NCBI GenBank assembly: GCA_964455675.1
Contig: CAYVYK010000001.1
Span: 140,463-204,462 of the forward strand
Length of the DNA: 64,000 nucleotides
Source of the DNA: an uncultured Methanosarcinales archaeon
Lineage (GTDB): Archaea > Nanobdellota > Nanobdellia > Woesearchaeales > CAYVYK01
Direction of reading: 5' to 3'
The position numbers were made by a program, and so were the translations under genes. The notes beneath the pieces were generated by a model that was given only the letters and a program-made list of their open reading frames with translations, ran no database searches and was not told the origin of the DNA. Below are positions 49,382-57,116 of the stretch, in pieces; the stretch's first letter is position 1; each line of letters begins with the position of its first letter.

Positions 49382-49505
49382 TGCGGATGGCAGGGTTCGA
49401 ACCTGCGTAGGCACTAAGCCACCAGATGTCTTACGTCATCGGGCACTTGCCCTCATTACTCAAGTGTCTTGAGTCTGGCCCGTTTGGCCACTCCGGCACA
49501 TCCGC
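49382..49505 (-). tRNA. tRNA-Leu(CAA) with a 40-nt intron at 37/38 (intron 49428-49467)
   Basis: Acceptor GCGGATG/CATCCGC plus discriminator A; anticodon stem CCAGA/TCTGG with loop CT-CAA-G|A; long variable arm; T-loop GGTTCGAACC; CCA not encoded. Confidence 0.93.
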
Positions 49506-49601
49506 GAATGTGGGTGTTATTCGGCAAAGGTACCCAAAATCCAGAGGATTCTTGTGCCGTAACACGTAAGTCCGTTAGAATAAAACCCGCTTTAAAAAGC
49601 T

Positions 49602-49988
49602 TCACATCCGTGACAGTCTTGACTCAATATCCTTAAGTTCTGCTTCGATGTTTTGCATGTGTCTGAACTCTTCATCGATGAGGTCGCGACTCTCCTTGTG
49701 CTCATGCCTTGGCTCTTGTTCAATAGGCACTTCCTTGTAGTCTCGAAGGTATGCCACTGGCAGGAGTGCGCGCAGCTTGTTGTTGAGGTAATAGATGTCT
49801 TTTATTTTCTTTCGGAGTTCTTCAGTATGCTGTTCGCGGAACTTGCGTAGGCCTTGGATGTGTAAATTCTTGTGAAGGATTTGGAGCAGCTGCTTTCTGC
49901 ACAGGAGGAGCTCCCGTCTAAGATAGACAGGATTCTCGACGTGCACATAGAATGCTTGATCCTTCTTTTGTTTCTTGATCCTAAACAC
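49602..49988 (-). CDS. Hypothetical coiled-coil protein
   Basis: GTG start overlapping the upstream stop; heptad pattern. Confidence 0.78.
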   Translation of the reverse strand: MFRIKKQKKDQAFYVHVENPVYLRRELLLCRKQLLQILHKNLHIQGLRKFREQHTEELRKKIKDIYYLNNKLRALLPVAYLRDYKEVPIEQEPRHEHKESRDLIDEEFRHMQNIEAELKDIESRLSRM

Positions 49989-50217
49989 CCCGTGGTTCGA
50001 GCAGGCTGCGGTCGATCATTTGGATCCTTTTCTCAACATCATCAAGTTCCGATTTCCACATCTCGACTTCCGAGTCTTCTTCCGTCTTGAGGTTGTGGAT
50101 CTTGTCAAGGACTGATCTTGCCTCGACAATTTTCTGGCGTATCATTTCAACGACTTCAAGGACTTCCTTGTAATCATCAAGCTTGACAAATACTGGGCTT
50201 TGCCTGCGTTCTTCCAT
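49981..50217 (-). CDS. Hypothetical coiled-coil protein (78 aa)
   Basis: MEERRQSPVFVKLDDYKEVL...IDRSL; GGGTGA RBS before ATG 50217. Confidence 0.82.
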   Translation of the reverse strand: MEERRQSPVFVKLDDYKEVLEVVEMIRQKIVEARSVLDKIHNLKTEEDSEVEMWKSELDDVEKRIQMIDRSLLEPRGV

Positions 50218-50222
50218 GAGTA

Positions 50223-50888
50223 TCACCCTATTGTCTTGAACAGTGTGCGGTCGATGTAAACAAGTTTTTTCTGAGCGTCTTCGAGCTGTTCCCTCCAATG
50301 CTCAAGGAGCCTGCTCTGTTCTCCTTGGACGGTATGCATGCGACTGACCCCCTCTTCTACTTTGCGAAGGCCTGCTTTTAATGTGTCGCTTGAATTGACA
50401 ATCTGTGAGAATGTATCAATATCCAGGTATCCAGTTGGAATCTCTTCATGTCGTGCTCCATACCCTCCTCGCATTTCCTCGGTTTTTTTTGGAGGAATAG
50501 ACATTGGTGGTGCTTCTATTCTCTTCGGTGGAGGTATTTGTGCGTGAACGGTTTGTTCAATGTCGAGCACGTCTTTTTCGAACTGTTTCTTGGGCGGGAG
50601 TTCAAGCGGCCGTTTTACGGTTACTTCTTGTTCGGGCATTTCTGTATGTGGTTCGTCAGGGAACAGGTTGTCATCAAGGGCTTGGAACCTGTGGTCTGCG
50701 CCTTGCGGACCTTCTTCATCTTTCTCAGGAAGGTCTGGTATTCCTTTATGTTCCGCAAGAAACTCCTTGTCCTCCAGAACCATGCGTTCATCGGGTGGTG
50801 GCGGTGGAGGTAAGTCTAGGTCCTGCCCGTCAAACAATGGCCCTTGCTCGTTTTTCTTCGGTTTGAAGAATGATCCCAAAAGACCCAT
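50223..50888 (-). CDS. Hypothetical protein: amphipathic N-terminus, Pro/Glu-rich linker, C-terminal coiled coil
   Basis: MGLLGSFFKPKK, poly-Pro; C-terminus aligns with the next gene; GGGGTGG RBS. Confidence 0.82.
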   Translation of the reverse strand: MGLLGSFFKPKKNEQGPLFDGQDLDLPPPPPPDERMVLEDKEFLAEHKGIPDLPEKDEEGPQGADHRFQALDDNLFPDEPHTEMPEQEVTVKRPLELPPKKQFEKDVLDIEQTVHAQIPPPKRIEAPPMSIPPKKTEEMRGGYGARHEEIPTGYLDIDTFSQIVNSSDTLKAGLRKVEEGVSRMHTVQGEQSRLLEHWREQLEDAQKKLVYIDRTLFKTIG

Positions 50889-50965
50889 GTAACCACCCCT
50901 ATCAGGTAAAGAATTCATCCCCTAGTGTTATTAAACTTTATTGAGTATTCAAGAATGGTTAAAAC

Positions 50966-52345
50966 TTAGCGTGCTGGTACATCTATGGGGTAGTTTCCGC
51001 TAAAGCATGCGGTACAGTACGTCGGCGCAGCACCAGTGCGCTTCGCCACTGTTGTTGCTGCGCTTGTCATACCTTCAAGGCTGAGATACACGCAGCTCTC
51101 CACGCCGAGTTCTTGCGCGATGTTTGAGACGCCAATCCTGTTGTAGATGAGTCTGCTTGGGTCCTTGAAATCGATTCCGTAAAAGCAGGGATGTCTGATT
51201 GGCGCACTTGCCACGCGAAGGTGGATTTCCCGTGCGCCGCACTCCCTGAGCACATTCATCTCAATCTGGGTTGTGGTTCCTCGTACAATCGAGTCCTCGA
51301 CAACGACAATTTTTTTCCCATCTATGAGCCTTCGTATTGGTCGCAGCTTGTACTCCACCTCTGCTTGCCGTGTAGCCTGATCTGGCCTTATGAATGATCG
51401 CTGCGCATCAAGTGCAACGTCGATGACCTGAATGTATGGGAGTCCTGATTCATGGGCGAATCCAAGCGCTGGATATGTTCCTCCGCGCGGGATTGAGGTC
51501 ACATAGTCCGCTCCAGGGACTGGTGCTTCTCTTGCAAGATTCCTTCCCATCTCTATTCGTGATTCAGCTGTGGAGTGCCCAAAGATGATGCTGTCCGGTG
51601 CTGCAAAGTACACATCTTCAAAGATACATGCCGCTCCTGGTTGTTTTGACAGGAATTTGCTTCGGATTCCTTTCCGGTCTATTGTGCATACTTCTCCTGG
51701 TGCGATTTCGCGCTCGTATGGGATGTGCATGTAATCAAGTGCGCATGTTTCGCTCGCTGCTGCAATTGCGCTGTTGTGTTTTCCAAGAACGAGCGGACGC
51801 ACTCCATAGGGATCGCGTGCGACAATCATGGATTCCGGTGTGCATATGATAACAGAGAACGCTCCTTTGCACGCATGGAATGCTTCCATGACCGCATCAT
51901 CAAGTGTTCGCTCGTGGCTTGCGATGATCCTCTGAAGCATGACTTCCGTGTCGGATATTTCGCTTGCATTGCCGGTAAATCCATAACCCTGACCGATCAA
52001 TTCTTGGTAGAGTTCGTGAAAGTTGGTGAGGTCCCCGTTGTGGACGAGCGCCAGTTGCCCGAATCGTGACGTCCTGACATACGGCTGTAGATCAACAGTT
52101 CCCTTGAGGCCTTGCGTGGAGTACCGGACGTGGCCGATGGCGATCGATCCATTGAGTATGCGAAGAACGTCCTGCCGAAGCGGTTTTGCTGCGAATGTTC
52201 CGCGTTTATGGATGTCAACGATGCTGTGTCCGTCACTTGCTCCAAGGCCCCATCCTTCATGTCCACGATGCTGGAGACGGAGTAGCCCTCGGTATGCGAT
52301 GCGTGCCGATTCTGGATGGTTGTGCACTCCTACAATGCCGCACAT
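50966..52345 (-). CDS. purF: Amidophosphoribosyltransferase
   Basis: MCGIVG, LQHRG, GHVRYST, HNG, SDTE, EDSIVRGTT, PCFYGID, YCTACF. Confidence 0.95.
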   Translation of the reverse strand: MCGIVGVHNHPESARIAYRGLLRLQHRGHEGWGLGASDGHSIVDIHKRGTFAAKPLRQDVLRILNGSIAIGHVRYSTQGLKGTVDLQPYVRTSRFGQLALVHNGDLTNFHELYQELIGQGYGFTGNASEISDTEVMLQRIIASHERTLDDAVMEAFHACKGAFSVIICTPESMIVARDPYGVRPLVLGKHNSAIAAASETCALDYMHIPYEREIAPGEVCTIDRKGIRSKFLSKQPGAACIFEDVYFAAPDSIIFGHSTAESRIEMGRNLAREAPVPGADYVTSIPRGGTYPALGFAHESGLPYIQVIDVALDAQRSFIRPDQATRQAEVEYKLRPIRRLIDGKKIVVVEDSIVRGTTTQIEMNVLRECGAREIHLRVASAPIRHPCFYGIDFKDPSRLIYNRIGVSNIAQELGVESCVYLSLEGMTSAATTVAKRTGAAPTYCTACFSGNYPIDVPAR

Positions 52346-52446
52346 GCCTAGGAGGCAAGCCGCATACCTTATTTAAAGTGTGTCTGTCACGTGGAGGGTA
52401 CGAGTCATACGGTACTTTTTTAAACAGCCCGGGAATATCCATCCCT

Positions 52447-53064
52447 ATGGTAATGTATCATGCGCCAAGGGAGGAGGACTTTTTCATTACGGTACGTGTC
52501 GTGATCGAGGTCATGGCAAAGAAGCCAGAAGTGGCGACAAAGGCTTTGCAAGACTATATCAAGAGTATTAAGGATCCGGCGTCTGCACCTGAAATACGGG
52601 TGCTGAGTCACACGGTTGCTGAACCCAAAGAGCAGGAGGGTGGGGCATTCACGAATTATGTGGAAGCGGATCTGAAGTTTGCGTCTGTCGCAAGTCTAAT
52701 CGGATACTGTTTTGATGCGCTCCCTTCAAGTGTTGACATCCTAGAACCGGATAACCTGAAACTTGATACTGCGGACTTGACAGGTTTGCTCAACGACCTA
52801 ATGGCGCGTCTTCATAAGGTGAACTTTGAACTGGCGAACCTTCGAGGCAATTACTCGATCATTGAGGCAAATTCAACGGGTTTATTGCGGAACTTTATGA
52901 TTCATCTTGTGAAGAATGGCGAGAAGAGCGAAGAAGATGTTGCACGCACGATCGGTCTCTCAAAGGACGCACTGCGCGGGATAGTGACAAAGTATCTTCA
53001 TGAGTCCCCGATTGTATTGAAAGACGGCAAGTATACGGTCACAGAGAAGGTTTCAAAGACCTAA
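52447..53064 (+). CDS. Hypothetical protein
   Basis: VRVVIEVM...CFDALPSSVDILEP plus coiled coil and HTH-like tail; TATA 22 nt before ATG 52447. Confidence 0.78.
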   Translation: MVMYHAPREEDFFITVRVVIEVMAKKPEVATKALQDYIKSIKDPASAPEIRVLSHTVAEPKEQEGGAFTNYVEADLKFASVASLIGYCFDALPSSVDILEPDNLKLDTADLTGLLNDLMARLHKVNFELANLRGNYSIIEANSTGLLRNFMIHLVKNGEKSEEDVARTIGLSKDALRGIVTKYLHESPIVLKDGKYTVTEKVSKT

Positions 53065-53096
53065 CATTAATAAATGATGGCTCTCTAGTTTTCCCC

Positions 53097-54194
53097 ATGG
53101 AGGAATATAAAAATCAGGTCGAGGCGGTGCTCTTTGCCGCTGGTAAAAAACTCACCGTTTCTGATATTGCCAGGTTGTGCAGAACGAAAAACATTGAGAT
53201 TATTGAGCAAGCCTTGCGGGATCTAAAGCAGGATTATGAGCAGAAGAACAGTTCACTCATGGTGGTGAACGAGGGAGAATTTTGGAAGATCACTGTTCGC
53301 GAGCGCTACCAGGCGACGGTACAGAAGATTACTGCTGACACTGAGCTCACGAAGAGCGTGATGGAGACTCTTGCCGTTGTGGCGTACAAGGCTCCTTGCT
53401 TGCAGTCTGATATTATCAAGATACGTACAAACAAGGCGTATGATCATTTGAACGAGCTCGAAAGCACTGGATACATTAAGAGAGTCAAGTCTGGTCGTAC
53501 GAAGCGGATCATGCTTACTCAGCATTTTTATGATTACTTTGACTTGACACAGGAGAAGTTGACATCCACCTTTGGTACGCATGATAAGATTGAGGAATTG
53601 ATCAAGGCAAAGGAGGCTGAAGCGGTTGTACGCGGGGAATCGAAAAAGTCCGATCCTGAGGTTGATCTCGTCGACGAAGAGGGGCATTCAAAGAAGCTTG
53701 AAGTGTATGAGTCAAAGGAGCCTGTAACCGAGGATGCTGCTCCGAAGGCAGAGATCACTCCAGAAAAAATCGGTGATCTGGAATTGGTGGAGGAGCTTCC
53801 TCCGCATCATAAGAAGAAAGGTTCTGTGGTACAGGAGCGTATGGAACAGGAGCGCAAAGAGGAGCCTCGTGTTACAGAACAGGTTTCTGAACAAGAAGTA
53901 ACTGAGGAACCGCCAGAGGCCGTAACTGAGGAGGCTCCAGCGCAGGAACCATTGGAGCATATTGATGTTCCAGAGGATTTGACTGCGCCACCTCCAGTAA
54001 GCGAGCTCGAAAAAGAGGTTGACGTTCGCGCCGAGGAGATGCTTCATCCACCAAAAGACTCTGAGGAAGAGAGCTCGATTCTTCAGATGGCTAAGGAGAA
54101 GTCCAAGGATGAAGATCTTTTTGAGGAGGAGACCCCAAGGAAGAAGAGCAAGAACGATGATGGGGCTTCCGATCTTGATGAGGATTCGAAATGA
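53097..54194 (+). CDS. scpB: SMC-Scp complex subunit ScpB with long acidic extension
   Basis: VEAVLFAAG, METLAVVAYK, QSDIIKIR, GRTKRIMLTQHFYDYF; C-terminal half rich in E/P/K. Confidence 0.92.
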   Translation: MEEYKNQVEAVLFAAGKKLTVSDIARLCRTKNIEIIEQALRDLKQDYEQKNSSLMVVNEGEFWKITVRERYQATVQKITADTELTKSVMETLAVVAYKAPCLQSDIIKIRTNKAYDHLNELESTGYIKRVKSGRTKRIMLTQHFYDYFDLTQEKLTSTFGTHDKIEELIKAKEAEAVVRGESKKSDPEVDLVDEEGHSKKLEVYESKEPVTEDAAPKAEITPEKIGDLELVEELPPHHKKKGSVVQERMEQERKEEPRVTEQVSEQEVTEEPPEAVTEEAPAQEPLEHIDVPEDLTAPPPVSELEKEVDVRAEEMLHPPKDSEEESSILQMAKEKSKDEDLFEEETPRKKSKNDDGASDLDEDSK

Positions 54195-54343
54195 GCGAAC
54201 CAATCATCAAGGTTGTCTGCCCACGCTGTCACAACACGATGAAGTATCAGTCGCAGAATTCGCGGCTGCTTTCAAAGGTAAAACGCTGTGTGTATTGTGG
54301 GTATTCTATTAGAGTTGTGCGCAATCTTGCACCGCAGCCATAA
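54191..54343 (+). CDS. 50-aa zinc-ribbon protein
   Basis: Hand translation MSEPIIKVVCPRCHNTMKYQ...KRCVYCGYSIRV; ATGA overlap with scpB. Confidence 0.8.
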   Translation: MSEPIIKVVCPRCHNTMKYQSQNSRLLSKVKRCVYCGYSIRVVRNLAPQP

Positions 54344-54353
54344 ATACCATGGG

Positions 54354-54989
54354 TTATTCAAGTATCTTTACTTTTCCAGGTCTGATCTCGAATAGGTCTC
54401 CAACTTTTAGGAGTCCTTGAATGATCTGCTCCGTGTTCGGATCAGCGGACTTTCCGCATACTTCGTCGATATCTGCTCCTTCTCCACGGTCGAGAGTTCT
54501 AATGAGTTCGTAGATCCTTTCATTGAGTTCTTTTGGTTTGCTTTCAGCCTGTGCTTCGATCTTCTGTGTTTTTCCTGATCCTGGAAGCCGCACGTGGAGA
54601 GCCTCTTTGAGTTCTTCCTTGCGAAGCTTCATCCAGTGCTGATCGATTTTTCGAATGGTTTCTGCTATGAGGTATACTTCGGTGTCGTTCAGTCGAGGTC
54701 TTGCGATAGCTTGGACGGCGTCTCCAGGCTGCAGTTCATCGATGAATTCTGTTTCTTGATATCTGCGAAGCGTTATACTTCCTGTTCCATCCTCAATTCG
54801 TGCGGCCCACCCGTCAGCTTCTTGTTCCTGTGCAACAAGTATGCCAATGAAGTTGATACGATAAGCCTTTCCTCCTTTGATGAGAAGGTAGTTTGGATCC
54901 CACCCATCGCCTTTGATGAATGATCCTGATAGGACTTCTCCTATGCTAAGCTTGTATGCAACATGCCGCTTGGGTGCCCCCTCCGCCAT
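54354..54989 (-). CDS. OB-fold plus winged-helix protein (RPA2/RPA32-like)
   Basis: RHVAYK, PNYL, RINFIG, IEDGTGSI, C-terminal GDLFEIRPGKVK. Start 54989. Confidence 0.85.
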   Translation of the reverse strand: MAEGAPKRHVAYKLSIGEVLSGSFIKGDGWDPNYLLIKGGKAYRINFIGILVAQEQEADGWAARIEDGTGSITLRRYQETEFIDELQPGDAVQAIARPRLNDTEVYLIAETIRKIDQHWMKLRKEELKEALHVRLPGSGKTQKIEAQAESKPKELNERIYELIRTLDRGEGADIDEVCGKSADPNTEQIIQGLLKVGDLFEIRPGKVKILE

Positions 54990-55086
54990 GCGGATCGTTA
55001 ATCTCTCCGTTTTTATAAGCATTGCCTCGATTATTGCCTACGTATTTGGCGATAGACTTTTATATGCGATTGTTCGATATTGGTGT

Positions 55087-56208
55087 ATGATTAATCGGGG
55101 GCTTGTTCCGTACATACAGTCATATCTCAAACAGGGGGCAAACCGTTCTTTGATTGTTCAGTACCTCGCGGCATACGGATATTCGAGGAAGGATATCGAG
55201 GACACGTATGATTTTCTAAGTAAGTCAGAATCCCGCCCGTTTCCTGTATTGATTATCGTTCTAGCTCTGTGCGCTCTGGTGCTTATCGGTAGTGCAGTCT
55301 ATTTTCTCACAAAGCCTCCAGAGGCTCGTTTCTCGTTTACTGCTTCGCTTCCTGAAGAAAAGTTTATTGGAGGCCGGGACATCCTGTTATCATACTCACT
55401 GCAGGCTGTTGGCATGAAAGAGAACCGAGAATCAGTCATTTTCGAGACGGTGCGCGATAATGCTGGTGACGTAGTGTACCAGTCAAACGAAGTGTTATTG
55501 TCTGCAAAAGTTGACACCAAGACTATCCGTCTCTCTGAGGACAAGCTCCCCCCGGGGGACTACACACTGAAGTTGAAGGTAACAAATGGAAAATCCTCAT
55601 TCGAACGTGATCTCCCTTTTTCAGTCCTGGCAGAACGTGATCCTTGCGCAAACGGGCTTCGTGACGTTTCTGAAGAGGGAGTGGACTGTGGGGGTTTCTG
55701 CAAGCCATGCAGTGTTATGACACCATCGCCAACGGCAGTATCCTGTGATTTTGACTGTGACGATGAGAACCCCTGTACGCGAGACAGCTGTGATTCACGG
55801 TTGAACCAGTGCATGCACGAGCAAATTATCCCCTGCTGTAAGAATGAGGTGTGCGAGAGTACCGAAAGTAAGGAGACTTGTCCTGAGGACTGTTCGGGGG
55901 TGCTGCCTTCCGAGTTAACGCCATTCCAGGTGATAGAGCGTGCAGCGCTTCTCGCGTCTGACGATCTCGAGAAAGCTGCGCAGCTTTGCCGCACGCTCGA
56001 GGAGTTTGACGATAAAAATGCATGTTTCGACCGAATAGCTCACGTTGTGCAGAAGAGTAGTGTGTGCGACCTCGTGGAGGGTGACTTGCAGAGTGCGTGT
56101 TACATGGACTTTGCGATGAAGGGCGATTATTCGGTTTGTGAGAAAATCACGAACAAGTATCTGCGTGATGCCTGTGATAATCTTGAGCAGTTGCAGGCTT
56201 CCCTTTAG
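55087..56208 (+). CDS. Membrane-anchored Cys-rich surface protein
   Basis: Small cytoplasmic helical domain, TM, Ig-like region, then CANG...VDCGGFCKPC, CDDENPCTRDSC, CKNEVCE...TCPEDC and helical Cys repeats. Confidence 0.85.
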   Translation: MINRGLVPYIQSYLKQGANRSLIVQYLAAYGYSRKDIEDTYDFLSKSESRPFPVLIIVLALCALVLIGSAVYFLTKPPEARFSFTASLPEEKFIGGRDILLSYSLQAVGMKENRESVIFETVRDNAGDVVYQSNEVLLSAKVDTKTIRLSEDKLPPGDYTLKLKVTNGKSSFERDLPFSVLAERDPCANGLRDVSEEGVDCGGFCKPCSVMTPSPTAVSCDFDCDDENPCTRDSCDSRLNQCMHEQIIPCCKNEVCESTESKETCPEDCSGVLPSELTPFQVIERAALLASDDLEKAAQLCRTLEEFDDKNACFDRIAHVVQKSSVCDLVEGDLQSACYMDFAMKGDYSVCEKITNKYLRDACDNLEQLQASL

Positions 56209-57116
56209 GACAGAGTACGTATCTCTGTACAGAACGGCGTGAGTTGCGGTTCTTCAACGATCGTGATGCACACTTTTTGGAAGTCCTTCTGTGACTCTAT
56301 CGTTTTTTGGTTGCTGATGACTTCGCCGTAGCTAACGGTTCCTGAGTACACGCTTACTTCTTCATCACCTTTTAGCGTGACACTGTACGCAGACTGGTTC
56401 CATCCCTGGCTGCATGCTTGTACGACATATGAAACAAGGAAACTATCACCGTTCTTCTGTCCGTATGCGTTCATGGTAGTGACGCTTGACCTCTCGCACG
56501 CCCCGGGTATGAGTGTTGGATTATTGAGCGCATCCGGATTCTGTTCGAGTGCCTGGGCTGTTGCTTCAGAGACGGTTGGCATCGTGTTCACTCCAGGGTC
56601 GCTTGTGTATTCTTGCGGTGTCGTGCTTTCAGGCTCTGAGCTTTCCCATTTGTCTTTGCACATGTCATCAATCCATCCGTAAGCGAATGGTCCGAGGTAT
56701 TTGTTGACAGTATTGCCAATGAGTTGATCAACGGTGTTTGCGAACATGGTCTGTGAGTATTTTGCGTCGATGGCATTCTTCTGTTGTGCGGCAAGGTTGA
56801 CATCGGTGCTCTCATCGATAGGCTGTCCGCCGTGAGGATCGTCGTCTCCTTCCCTAATCTCTACTTCGCCTTCAGGTCTGTCTGGTGGTGTTGGTTCTCC
56901 CTCTGGTCTATCGGGTATGGTTGACTGCTGGGTTGGTTCCGGCTCCGTTTCAGGTCTATCTGGTGTGGTCTCTTCTGGTGGTCCAACAAATTGGTCATCC
57001 ATTGAATCCGGTTCGTCATCGACGCTTCTTCCCGTGATGGATGCATGAGGCAGCAGGAGAGCCGCAACTACAAAAATCGCAAGCGTCAGTGCGAGCGTCG
57101 TGTATGCTTTGCTCAT
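56205..57116 (-). CDS. Secreted or anchored acidic protein with PDRPE repeats
   Basis: N-terminal hydrophobic segment plus SITGR, three PDRPE copies, Cys-containing C-terminal beta domain; ATGA overlap. Confidence 0.82.
   Translation of the reverse strand: MSKAYTTLALTLAIFVVAALLLPHASITGRSVDDEPDSMDDQFVGPPEETTPDRPETEPEPTQQSTIPDRPEGEPTPPDRPEGEVEIREGDDDPHGGQPIDESTDVNLAAQQKNAIDAKYSQTMFANTVDQLIGNTVNKYLGPFAYGWIDDMCKDKWESSEPESTTPQEYTSDPGVNTMPTVSEATAQALEQNPDALNNPTLIPGACERSSVTTMNAYGQKNGDSFLVSYVVQACSQGWNQSAYSVTLKGDEEVSVYSGTVSYGEVISNQKTIESQKDFQKVCITIVEEPQLTPFCTEIRTLS

Noticed and set aside
49364..49414. NUDIX ORF extension overlapping the tRNA
   Set aside because: It reads through the tRNA 3' half; ATG 49363 has an RBS-like GGTGA upstream.
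49382..49505. tRNA as an integration site for a mobile element
   Set aside because: No integrase or duplicated tRNA 3' end was seen in the window.
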